The notes under the pieces are model-generated. The model had not been told where the DNA came from. It worked only from the letters and a program-made list of their open reading frames with translations, and searched no databases. 64,000 nt of DNA from Octopus vulgaris (Eukaryota), in the NCBI GenBank assembly GCA_951406725.2, contig OX597830.1, positions 32,674,001 through 32,738,000 of the forward strand, read 5' to 3'. Positions within the stretch are counted from its first letter, which is position 1. The number at the start of each line of letters is the position of its first letter. A program made the translations under genes and the position numbers. Below are positions 1-11,265 of the stretch, one piece after another.

Positions 1-115
1 AGATATTTTTATGAGATTACTCTACCTGCTAGAAATAGCAGCGAAACTGCTCTCGAATTTCTATTTCTACTTCCTTTGAGAAAACAAGACATGTTGGATG
101 TTATAGTCAGAAAGA

Positions 116-560
116 AGCGTGGCTGAGTGGTAAGACATTTGCTTCACAACCACATGGTTCCAGGCTCAGTTCCACTGCATGGGATCTTGGACAAACGTCT
201 TCTACTATAGCCTTGGGCCAACCAAAGCATTATACTCTTTACTCTTCTTTTACTCTTTTACTTGTTTCAGTCATTTGACTGCGGCCATGCTGGAGCACCA
301 CCTTTAGTCGAGCAAATCGACCCCGGGACTTATTCTTTGTAAGCCCACTACTTATTCTATCGGTCTCTTTTGCCGAACTGCTAAGTGACGGGGACGTAAA
401 TGTACCAGCATCGGTTGTCAAGCAATGCTAGGGGGACAGACACATACACACAAACACATACACACATACATATATATATAAATATATACGACAGGCTTCT
501 TTCAGTTCAGTAGAGTAGTTATGAGTAGATTTGGTAGACAGAATCTCAAAGAAACCCATC
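116..560. mobile_element. Family-A SINE (+ head 116-232, resuming ~512-560) interrupted by a 5'-truncated family-A copy on the minus strand (233-508)
   Basis: Head TGGCTGAGTGGTAAG...GGCTCAGTTCC...CTACTATAGCC matches 21268-21380; 233-508 is the reverse complement of 21405-21710; 512-560 resumes the + copy (TGAGTAGATTTGGTAGACAG). Confidence 0.85.
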
Positions 561-573
561 ATGTATCTATCTG

Positions 574-610
<37 letters not shown>

Positions 611-758
611 ATATATATATATATGATTTTGATTTTGATTTTTCCAGTTTCAGCTTATGAGCTGTGGCCATATATATATATATATATATATATAGCATAC
701 ATACATATATATTTATACATTTATGTGTATATCGTTATATCATATATATAGATAGATA

Positions 759-790
<32 letters not shown>

Positions 791-811
791 TTATATATAT
801 ATATTTTTTTT

Positions 812-957
812 TAGACATCCACCAGTACAACACAAAAAACAACCAAATATATGGCACACTAGGCATAACAAAAACGTGAACTTCCAACCTGTTGTCTCTT
901 GAGGTCTCCAGGTGAGACTTGGAGCCAACTTGTACAAATATAAAGCAAAAGTCAAAC

Positions 958-1012
<55 letters not shown>
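812..1012 (+). mobile_element. Probable 3' end of a non-LTR retrotransposon inserted in a (TAA)n array (R4/Dong-like, tentative)
   Basis: A 150-bp unique block ending AAAGCAAAAGTCAAACA runs directly into (TAA)~17, with another (TAA)n at 763-791. Dong/R4 elements are known to target TAA repeats; the family assignment is inference. Confidence 0.5.
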
Positions 1013-1227
1013 CCTTTCATGGAATTTATGAATATTTTGATACATTGCTATGAGTGTTTCCACAAATCACACCTCTCTTAACAACATAGTCCATATTCCT
1101 GGGATGATTAAAGTTCATGGCTGGATTAGTTTTGATCACTGAATACTGACCTTGGGTTAAACAACAACACTACAATTGATTAATGCCACAACAATGACTT
1201 TGAATACAATCACAGCTTTAGTAGTAC

Positions 1228-2675
1228 CATAACCACCACCATCACCACCACCACCACCACCACCACCACAGCAACCACCACCGCCACAGCAACCGCAACC
1301 ACCACCGCCACAGCAACTGCAACCACCACTCCACACAAACATCATTACCAACATCACCACCACCACCACCACCACCACCACCACCACCACCACCTCCACC
1401 ATTAACCCCCCCCCCTCGTGTGGCACCACAGCCTCAGCCTCTATAGCCTATAGCTGTACAACCAGCATCACAATCATCAACACTACCATCACCATGACCA
1501 TTACCACCATCACCACCACCACCACTACTACCACAATCACTGCCAATATTAGTACCACTACTACTACTACCACAAATACTGCCATTGCTGCTACCACCAT
1601 GGCCACTGACAAAACCAATAACAACAGCAACACCATCTCTACCATTATCTTTACTCCCATCACTAACAAGAGCAACACCAATGACATCCCTCATCACCAC
1701 CATCAACTTCACCATTAACAACAACAACAGCAATACCATACCATCCCCCAACACATGCCACCAGGGCCGAGACCAACAGTGCAATCATCACCACCACCGT
1801 TAGCATTGCCACCACTGCCACCACTCCTACCAACACTAGATAGACCCCCCCCCTTAAACACCATTAACAGCATCAACAATGATGACAGCAGCAACACCAA
1901 CGAAGCAACCACCACCGCCAACACTACCATCAACACTACCACCACCACCACCACTATTGTTGCCACCACCACTATTGTTGCCACCACTACAGTCACTACC
2001 ACCACTACAGTCACCACCACCACTACCATCACCACCACCACCACCACCATCGCTGGTACCACTGCCACCATCACCACCATCACCATCACCACCATCACCA
2101 CCACCACCACCATCGCCACCACCACTCACCACCACCACCACCACCACCATCGCCACCATCACTATCACCACCATCACTCACCACCACCACCACCACCACC
2201 ACCACCACCATCGCCACCATCACCATCACCACCACCATCACCATCACCACCACTCTTACCACTATCATTAACAACAATAATAGCAACACCGCCATCATCA
2301 TCCTCAACCTCATCATCATCCTCATCCTCATCATCATCCTCATCCTCATCATCACCATGACCACCACCACCACCACCATCGATGCCACCACTGCCACTAT
2401 CACCACCACCACCACTATGACCACCACCACCACCACCACCACCTCCACCACTAACAGCAGCAACAGCAAGAGCATCAAGAACATGGACAATAACATCATC
2501 ATCATCATCACTATCTTCACTATCATCATCATCATCATCATCAGCATCATCATCAGCATCAGCATCATCATCGTCATCATCATCATCATCATCACTATCT
2601 TCACTATCATCATCATCATCATCATCATCATCAGCATCATCATCATCATTATCAGCAGCAGCATCGTCATCAGCA
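1228..2675 (+). repeat. Degenerate (CAC/CAT/CAA)n trinucleotide field
   Basis: Long imperfect ACC/ATC arrays giving poly-T/H/P/I pseudo-ORFs in all frames. Confidence 0.95.
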
Positions 2676-2993
2676 TATCCCAGCTTTTAAATTAATGCTT
2701 TTCAAGTGTGGAGACTTTTGTATGTATATTGGAGGCGGTGGGAGGGAAGGAGAGAGGGAAGGAGGGAGGGAGGGAGGAGAAGAGGAAGATGTCTGGTGGA
2801 AGAGGGGAAGGTGAGGTTTGTGGGAGGGGGAAACTATGTGTCAAAGGTCAACTCCAAACTGTTCCTTTCTCTTATAGGAAAAACATCAAGAAAGAAGGAA
2901 AGGAAGACGAGGAAGAAGAAATGAATGAATTAATGAATGGAAAAGAGAGACAGAGACAGAGAGACAGAGACAGAGAGAGAAACAGAAAGAGAC

Positions 2994-3033
<40 letters not shown>

Positions 3034-3129
3034 AGAAAGAAGATTAGAAGTCTGGTAAAAGATGCTGGAGCAAGAGTAAGATGTATGGAGGTGGGAGTGG
3101 GGGTGAAGAAGGGGGAAGAAGCTCTCTAA

Positions 3130-4395
3130 GTGGACATGGCGGTGGTGATGATGGTGGTGGAGATGGTGGTGATGATGGTGATGGTGATGGTGGCTGTGGT
3201 GGAGATGGTGAAAGGTTACGGTGGTGGTGGTGGTGGTAGTAGTGGTGGAGGTTGTGGTGGTGGTGATGATGGTAGTGATGGTAGTCATGTGTTTGTTGTT
3301 GTTGCTAAGTGGTGGCCGTGGTTGTTGTTGTTGTTGGTGGTGGTGGTGGTGGTCATTATGTAGTTGTTGTTCATGATGGTTGTGCTGGTTTTTGTCCTTT
3401 TTGCTGGTGTCTTAGTGGTGGTGGCGGTGGTGGTGGTGGTGGTGGTGGAAGGATGTTGGTTGTGTTGGCGGTGGTGGTTGCCATTTTGTTTGTGGTGGCC
3501 TTGGTTGGGTTGGTGGTGTTGGCGGCAGCAAAGATCAGTGGTTTTGCTTTCCTTGTTGCTGGTGGTGATGATGGAGGAGATGTTGGTATTATTGATGGTG
3601 GTGGTGGTGGTGGGGGGGTTGATGGTGATAGTGGTGTTGGAGGTGATGGCGGTGGGGACGGCGGCGGAGTTGGTGGCATTGTTTTTCTTTGGTCATGGTG
3701 ATAATGATGGCATTGGCCATTATTATGTTTATAGAACTGCTGTTGTTATTGTTGCCGATGTTGTTGTTGCTGCTGCTGCTGATGGTGCCGAAGGTGGCGA
3801 TGGTGATGGTGGTGCTGGTGATGGTAGCGTTGGTGATGGTGGGGATGGCAATGGTACTGTTGGTGGTGGTGGCGATGATGGTAGTGGTGGTGGTGGTTCT
3901 TGGTGGCGATGGTGGTGGTGTTGGAAGGTGTGATTGTGGTGGAGATGATGAAACGTGGTGGTGGCGATAGTGGTGGAGATGGTGGTAGTGGCGGCGGCGG
4001 TGGTGGTGGTGGTGTTGGAAGGTGTGATTGTGGTGGAGATGATGAAACGTGGTGGTGGAGATAGTGATGGTGGTAGTGGCGGCGGCGGTGGTGATGGTGG
4101 TGATGGTGGTGGTGAGGATGGCAATGTCCGCGGTGGTGGGGATGGCAGTGGCGATCATGGTAGTGGTGGTGGTGGTGGTTCTTGGTGGCGATGGTGGTGG
4201 TGGTGTTGGAAGGTGTGATTGTGGTGGAGATGATGAAACGTTGTGGTGGCGATAGTGGTAGTGATGGTGGTAGTGGCAGTGGCGGTGGTGATGGTGGTAG
4301 TGGTGGTGGCGGTGGTGATGGTGGTGGTAATGATGTCGGCAATGGCAGCAGTGGCGCTGGCGGTGATGGTGATGGCGGTGATGGCGATGGTGATG
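3130..4395 (+). repeat. Degenerate (GGT/GAT)n trinucleotide field, opposite in polarity to 1228-2675
   Basis: Imperfect GGT/GAT arrays; includes three copies of GGTGTTGGAAGGTGTGATTGTGGTGGAGATGATGAAACGT (~3916, ~4011, ~4202). Confidence 0.95.
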
Positions 4396-5106
4396 AAGCG
4401 AGTGAGTTGAAATGAGTTGATGAGCGAAATCTTCTAATGAATGTTTAGCAATAAGATATTTGGTTAAGATAGAAAGAGATTTGGTTAGAAATTTCGGTTG
4501 ACCAGATAAGTTTTTGTTTGCGATTCCAGCTCCAGAGTTTGTTCCAAAATCTTGCCTTTAATGGTTTTGCACATGTAATATTCTGGGCAGGGAGGCAGGC
4601 AGGTGGTTGTGGTGGTGTCTTAGGGTGTTCCTTGGAGTGGCATTGCAAAGAAGGAAAGAGCAGAGAAACACATTGGATCAGGTGTAGTGGTGGTGGTGGT
4701 GGATGGGGAGGGAGAGATAAAAATTAACAAATGCATATAACAATAAAAAAAAACAAATATATAAATGAATAAATGAGTAAACAAAACAAAACAAAACAAA
4801 CAAAAAAGCAAATATTAAAAGAAAAAGGAATTTTCTTAATTAGGCACGAAGCCTTAGAGATATAAAATTTTGCTCAGGCAGGAGCAGAGAGAGAAAGAAG
4901 CTGGGTAGGAGTGGGGTGTTGGCGGGGGGTGGGGGTGGATTTGGAAGTGGAGGGGGAAGGGGAGGTTGTAACATTAATACATTTACCCTCGCCTTCCCCA
5001 CACCCTGAGGGGCATTAAAAAAGGGAAGAAAGAAAAGCAGCAGTGACAGTTATGCACACACATGTTTATATATATATGTATATATATATGTGTATATATA
5101 TGTATA

Positions 5107-5165
<59 letters not shown>

Positions 5166-5572
5166 GTATGTCTATGTAGAATAAGTGAAGCCAGATTTCC
5201 ATACTAGTAAATTGAAACTGAGTTCATCAGAATTGATTCTGCTCACTAATCAAGTCGCCTGAAGACCATCATTTGCTGCTGTCTCTGTTGACTGTGCAGT
5301 AAGCTCTTGCCATAAAAATTGGCTTGCTAGTGAGGTGGGTGTGGGAAGAGGTGAATGATGATGAGGAGGAGGAGGGAGGGGGAAGGGAAGGAAGGGGAGG
5401 TGACGAAAGAGGAAGAGGAAGAGGATGAAGAAGTAGAAGAAGAAGAAGAAGGGAAGGAAGAAGAGGAGGAGAATAAGAAGAAGAAAAAGAAAAAGAAGAG
5501 ACGAAGAGGAAGAAGAAGAATAGGAGGAGGAGGAGGAGGAGCAGAAGGAAGGAAGGAAGGAAGGATAGACAC

Positions 5573-5732
5573 AAGTTTTTATTAAAGTTCCTACATGCGT
5601 TTCATCATTAAAGTTGTTTGAAGCCCTGCGGATCCATTATGGCTGAGCATCTTACATGCATTTGGAACCTCTACTGCAGTGCTGCAAACAACCATAATGG
5701 CAAGACACATGTAGGAACTTTGACATAAACTT
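5573..5732. mobile_element. 160-bp foldback/MITE-like element with ~38-bp inverted ends
   Basis: AAGTTTTTATTAAAGTTCCTACATGCGTTTCATCATTA (5573-5610) is an imperfect inverted repeat of ATAATGGCAAGACACATGTAGGAACTTTGACATAAACTT (5694-5732). Confidence 0.65.
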
Positions 5733-5734
5733 AG

Positions 5735-5797
<63 letters not shown>

Positions 5798-5926
5798 AAT
5801 CTATCTACCTATTTATCTATCTAACTATTTATCTATCTATCTACTTATCGCTCTCTCTCTCTCTCTCTTCATATATATACATATATATATATATGGATAA
5901 ATAGATAGATAGATAGATAGATAGAT

Positions 5927-6092
5927 AAGTTTCTTTATTGGCCACACAGGGCTTCACACAGATGGGACAAGTTACAAGGTAGAGCTTTTCTTTTAGGGGA
6001 TGAAAAAGACAAAAAAACAAAAGAAAAAAAAGCGGGGGTGGCGTAGGTTTTCGATCAAGAGGGATCGTAAAAGGGAAGAAAAGAACAAAAAA

Positions 6093-6095
<3 letters not shown>
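5927..6095 (-). mobile_element. Retroelement 3'-end fragment embedded in (GATA)n; copy 1
   Basis: Near-identical reverse complement of 9872-10039; ends in AATAAAGAAACTT followed by (ATCT)n; GATA repeats on both sides. Confidence 0.75.
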
Positions 6096-6147
<52 letters not shown>

Positions 6148-6412
6148 TTAATATAGATATAGGTTAAAATACAGATGAGAAGAGGCAAGCAGTTTGGCAC
6201 AACTTGACAAGGTCATTGAATTCAGTTATATCATAAAAATGTGTATACCTACATGCTCAAGAGGAAGCCACTTCTAGCCACCACTTTAGAAAGACAGTCA
6301 GGAAATCACGTTTAACTGCAGTTCAAACAGGAATTTAGTGGCATACCTAATTGAGCACTCAAAGTGCATACCTATTAATTTGAGCCACCCTGACGAAAAC
6401 ACCTTGTATATG

Positions 6413-6451
<39 letters not shown>

Positions 6452-6455
<4 letters not shown>

Positions 6456-6870
6456 GTCAACGCATAAATAATGTAATTTTTCAATACTTTTTTAATTAAG
6501 ATATACAAAGTTCTTTTTTAATCTAAAATATACTCTCCTTCATTTTCTACAATGTTCTTCTATCTATCTGGTAGACTTGAAAGGCCCCTCTTCCAAAATT
6601 CACTTGGCCACAGAATTCATATTTTTATCATTCAGACTGCTGATAATTGGATGGGGCAATGTCCGGCAAATTATGGTGGGGCATCGTATCCCATTCAAAT
6701 TGCTTCAGCCTTTGGAATGTCATTCTCACTGAATGTGGCTGAGCATCATCCCGATGAAAGAACACCTTTCATCTTGAAACCAAAGGTAGTCATTTTTCTT
6801 CTAGTGCTGACTTAAGTCGCACAAGATGCTCACAATAGACCACCTTTGTTATCATATGGTTTGTGATTAA
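6452..6870 (-). mobile_element. Mariner (DD34D-type) transposase C-terminal remnant plus terminus, pseudogenized
   Basis: Minus strand reads YCEHLVRLKSALEEK*...FFHRDDAQPH...EWDTMPH..PDIAPSNY and EFWKRGLSSLPDR*KNIVENEGEYILD*; terminus TTGGGTCAACGCATAAATAAT abuts (TA)n. Confidence 0.85.
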
Positions 6871-7324
6871 TCTGTATATTTTGTATCTTTTCATTTGACT
6901 TGCTCTCTTACGATTTGGCGTTTGCTAAATTTTCTTGAGAACATTCCTTTCTTAGTGGTAAAACCATAGTAAGTCGACTTCTAGCATAATGGATGTCCAC
7001 TTAGTGGTCATCCCTCTTATATGTATGTTATATATATATATATATATATTGCAGTAGTAGAGTCCACAGTGATCCGTATGTAGGAGAGGTGCAGCCGGAG
7101 GGTAAATATCAAAACGAGAATTCGTAAAGGGTAGATAGAGAGTCCAGTGGAGAAGTTTGTGCGTGGTAAGAAATGACAGGATCAACATTTGTAAACTCTC
7201 CCTATATATATATCTGTGTGTGTATGTGTGTGTGTGCTTGTGTGTGTGTGTGTGTGTGTGTGTATGTATATACCTATATACATTTAGAAAGATAGGTAGA
7301 CAGATATTTATATAAACTAGAGAC

Positions 7325-7545
7325 ACATGATTTTCTGGTTAGTGTGATGGACCTCATGACTGGTGTTTTGATTCCTGGACCAGGCAATGCGTTGCATTCT
7401 TGAACAAAACACCTCATTTCCCACTGATCCAGTCTACTGAGCTGGGAAAACTGAGTACTCAAGTGACAGATTTGTATTCCATACAGAGAGGAGTATATAC
7501 ACCAGAGAGAATTTGAAACTGACTCTGTTCTCCTTACACAAGAGT
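7325..7545 (+). mobile_element. Old degenerate tRNA-derived SINE (family D-like)
   Basis: TGGTTAGTGTG...TTGATTCCTGGACCAGGCAATGCGTTGCATTCTTGAACAAAACAC...CAGCTGGGAAAACTGAGT-like segments resemble 20810-20960. Confidence 0.55.
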
Positions 7546-7576
7546 GTCAACTGAACCATATGTAAATTCATATATA

Positions 7577-7768
7577 CAGGGGTTGGACAAAATAGTGGAA
7601 ACACCTTCAAATTTCAAACAAATTAATTTTAATATGGGGTATGAAAGCTTTTGGCAGTAATTACAGCTTGAATTCTATGAGGTATGGACTCGTACAAAGT
7701 TTGAATTGTTTCTGGAGGAATTTTTGTCCATTCTTCAGTGAAAACAGTCTCCAATTCTTGTAGTGATG
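7577..7768 (-). mobile_element. Tc1-like transposon 3' end (transposase C-terminus plus TIR)
   Basis: TA|CAGGGGTTGGACAAAATAGTGGAAACAC terminus; minus strand SLQELETVFTEEWTKIPPETIQTLYESIPHRIQAVITAKSFHTPY* matches the Tc1 C-terminal W..IP...I..L..S.P.R..AVI.A.G..TxY pattern. Confidence 0.85.
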
Positions 7769-7780
7769 ATGATGGAGGAT

Positions 7781-8208
7781 ATCAACAGGGTATTTTTGTA
7801 TGTATTTATGTATGTATGTATGTATGTATGTATCTTTGTGTGTATGTATGTATGTATGTATGCATGCATGTATGTATGTATGTATGTATGTATGTATGTA
7901 TGTATGTATGTATGTATGTATGTATGTATGCATGCATGCATGTATGTATGTATGTATGTATGTATGTGTGTATGTATGTGCAGATTTGTATGTTTAGCTT
8001 TACGTATGTATTCTCATGCATATAGTTACATATCTAGACATACTAATATATATTTAAATGATAAACCCCTGGAAAGTTTTACAGATTTTTATAGTACCTG
8101 TGATGGATTGGATCTGTAGTCTTCTATGTACGTATGTATGTATGTATGTATGTATGTATGTATGTATGTATGTATGTATGTATGTATGTATGTATATATG
8201 TATGTATG

Positions 8209-8242
<34 letters not shown>

Positions 8243-8254
8243 TGTATGTATGTA

Positions 8255-8285
<31 letters not shown>

Positions 8286-9019
8286 TCAGTTTTATTTCAG
8301 GATTTCTTGGCAATAAAGAAAGAGCTGCTTTCTAACCAAGATCCACGGCTCCTTCATTGGAATTTCAACATCAACAGGTTACCATCATCATCATTGTCGT
8401 TTAACGTCCACTTTCCATGCTGGCATGGGTTGGACGGTTTGACTGAAGACTGGCTAGCCAGATGGCTGCACCAGGTTCCAGTCTCATGTGGAAAAGTTTC
8501 TACAGCTGGATGCCCTTCCTAACACCAACCACTCTGAGAATGTAGTGAGTGCTTTTACGTGCTACTGGCACGAGGGCCAGTCAGGCAGAATTGGCAATGA
8601 CCATGCTCAAAAGGTGCTTTTTACATGTCACCTGTACGGGAGCCGGTCTGGTGCCATTGGAAATGACGCGCTCAAATGTTGTTTTTCATGTGCCAGTCAG
8701 TGGCCATTATATGTATGTATGTATGTATATATGTATGTATGTATGTTTGTATGTGTGTGTGTGTGTGTGTATGTATATGTAAAGATTTGTATGTTTCATT
8801 TTATGCATATATTCTCATGCATATTGTTGCATGTCTAGACATGCTCATATATACATAAATGATAAACTTTTGGAAAGTTTTACAGATTTTTACCATTCCA
8901 GTAATGGCTTAGATCTGTAGTCTTCTATGTATGTATGCATGCATGTATGTATGTATGTATGTATGTATGTATGTATGTATGTATGTATGTATGTATGTAT
9001 GTATGCATGTATGTATGTT

Positions 9020-9050
<31 letters not shown>

Positions 9051-9290
9051 ATGTATGTATGTATGCATGTATGTATGTATGTATGTATGTATGTGTGTAT
9101 GTATGTATGCATGTATGTATGTATATATGTGTGTATGTATGTATGTATGTATGTATGTATCTATGTATGTATGTATGTGTGTATGTATGCATGCATGCAT
9201 GTATGTATGTATGTATGTATGTATGTATGTATGCATGTATGTATGTATGTATGTTTGTGTGTGTGTATATATGTTTGTATGTGTGTACCA
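7781..9290 (+). repeat. (TATG)n arrays containing a duplicated ~145-bp unique block (7982-8127 and 8782-8927)
   Basis: Both blocks share AGATTTGTATGTTT...ATTCTCATGCATAT...TCTAGACAT...AAATGATAAAC...TGGAAAGTTTTACAGATTTTTA...GATCTGTAGTCTTCTATGTA. Confidence 0.85.
8383..8705 (-). mobile_element. Family-C SINE-like element with (GAT)n tail
   Basis: Reverse complement of ...GGAAGGGCATCCAGCTGTAGAAAC...CCGTCCAACCCATGCCAGCATGGAAAGTGGACGTTAAACGA, shared with 18440-18782, 56470-56798 and 62368-62618. Confidence 0.85.
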
Positions 9291-9808
9291 TCGGAAATAA
9301 TGAGAATGGTATTGGTGGTGGTGGTGGTGGCAGCAGTGGTAGTGGTAGTAGTGGAGAGGTAGTGGTGGTAGTAATGGTGGAGATGTTGGCATTGGTTTTG
9401 GTGATGGTGATGATGATGATGAGGATGATGATGATGATGATGATGATAAATGATGCTGAGGATAACGATGACAATGTCAAATGATATTGATATTGGATTT
9501 CACGGTGATAAAGATGATGATGATGATGATGATGAGGACGATGATTGGGTTGTTGTTATTGGGGCTGGTGGGGTTGGTGGTGATGATGATGATGATGATA
9601 GAGGGAACGAGAATGTGATTGTGAAAGAATGGTACATAAGCAGGAAACAAACAAGACAATAGCGAAAGACGTTATTATGAACTCTTTGATAATGAAGTAT
9701 TGTGTTTGATTGCCTTCTGTTTGTAAGGAGCCAGAAAATGTTTATGCAACAGGTAATGAGCGAGAGGTACTTGTACTTCTGAGTTTCTGTGTCAGATTAT
9801 ATATATGC

Positions 9809-9839
<31 letters not shown>

Positions 9840-9871
9840 TTTTTAAAATTTTTCATTTATTTAAAAAAATT

Positions 9872-10039
9872 TTTTTTTGTTCTTTTCTTCCCTTTTACGA
9901 TCCTTCTTGATCGAAAACCTACGCCACCCCCTTTTTTTTTGTTTTTTTTGTTTTTTGTTTTTTCATCCCCCAAAAGAAAAGCTCTACCTTGTAACTTGTC
10001 CCATCTGTGTGCAGCCCTGTGTGGCCAATAAAGAAACTT
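9872..10039 (+). mobile_element. Retroelement 3'-end fragment embedded in (ATCT)n; copy 2
   Basis: TTTTACGATCC..CTTGATCGAAAACCTACGCCACCCC...GCTCTACCTTGTAACTTGTCCCATCTGTGTG..GCCCTGTGTGGCCAATAAAGAAACTT(ATCT)n; inverted copy at 5927-6095. Confidence 0.75.
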
Positions 10040-10242
10040 ATCTATCTATCTATCTATCTGTCTGTTAGTTTGGCTGGCTGGCTGCCTCTCTGTCTGTCTA
10101 TATGTCTATCTGTCTGTCTGTCTTTCTATCTATCTATCTATCTGACTGTCTAAATGTCTGTCTGTCTATCTGTCTGTCTGTCTGTCTATCTATCTCTCTA
10201 TCTATCTTACTGTCTCTTTATCTCTCTCTCTGGTTCTCTCTA

Positions 10243-10281
<39 letters not shown>

Positions 10282-10359
10282 GTCTATATACATATATAAA
10301 TGTATATATTTGTGTCTTTTTGTGTAAACATATAAACATACATATATAAATGCATCTAT

Positions 10360-10404
<45 letters not shown>

Positions 10405-10669
10405 CACATATAGGATTTCATATAAGTGTATAAACATGTATGTAAGCATATGGGAATTTAGTATAAATATATGTATACAAGCAAAAGACCCACCCCCTCT
10501 ACCCAAAAAAAAGAAGATGATGTGTTAATTTTTTTCATGAACTTTTTTCTCCTGTTAACATACCCATCAATGCTGATATAATTATTTCCATTTTTACTAA
10601 TGTTATTATTATTCTTGTTATTGTTGTTGTTGTTTTTTTGCTGTTGTTGCTGTTGTTGTTGTTATTGTC

Positions 10670-11265
10670 GTCGTCATCATCATCATCGTCATCAAAATCA
10701 TTATCATTATCACCACTATTGCTTCATCTGCCACTGCCACCCACCGTTACCTCCTCCACCACCACTGCCACTGCTGCTGCCACCACCACTGCCACCACCG
10801 CCATCATTGTCATTGTCATCATCACCATCATCATTGCCATCGTCATCATCGTCACCACTACCACCACCACCACCACCACCACTACTACCACCATCACCAC
10901 CACTGCCACCACCACCACCATCACCATCACCACCACCACCATCACTCACTATCACCACCACTACCACCACCAGCATCACCAGCATCGCCATCCATCATCA
11001 CCACCATCAGTACCAACATGCGCACCATCCTCACCACCACCACTACCACCATCACCACCACCACCACTACTACCACCACCATCACCACCAGCATGATCAT
11101 CCTCACCACCACCACCGCCACCACTGCCACTACCATCACTTCCACTACCACCACCAGCATCACCACCACCACCACCACTGCTCCCACCATCACCACCACC
11201 ACTGCCACCAACACCACCACCACTGCCGCCGCCACCATCATCAACACCATCACCACTATCATCAT
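10670..11265 (+). repeat. Degenerate (CAC/CAT)n field
   Basis: Imperfect trinucleotide arrays. Confidence 0.95.

Noticed and set aside
1157-4415. Many Thr/Pro/His/Gly/Val-rich ORFs resembling mucins, extensins or cuticle proteins
   Set aside because: They are open in several frames on both strands because of simple repeats; no signal peptide or splice context.
9660-9760. Plus-strand exon ending at CAG|GTAATG
   Set aside because: No convincing acceptor or reading frame; an isolated donor-like motif is expected by chance.
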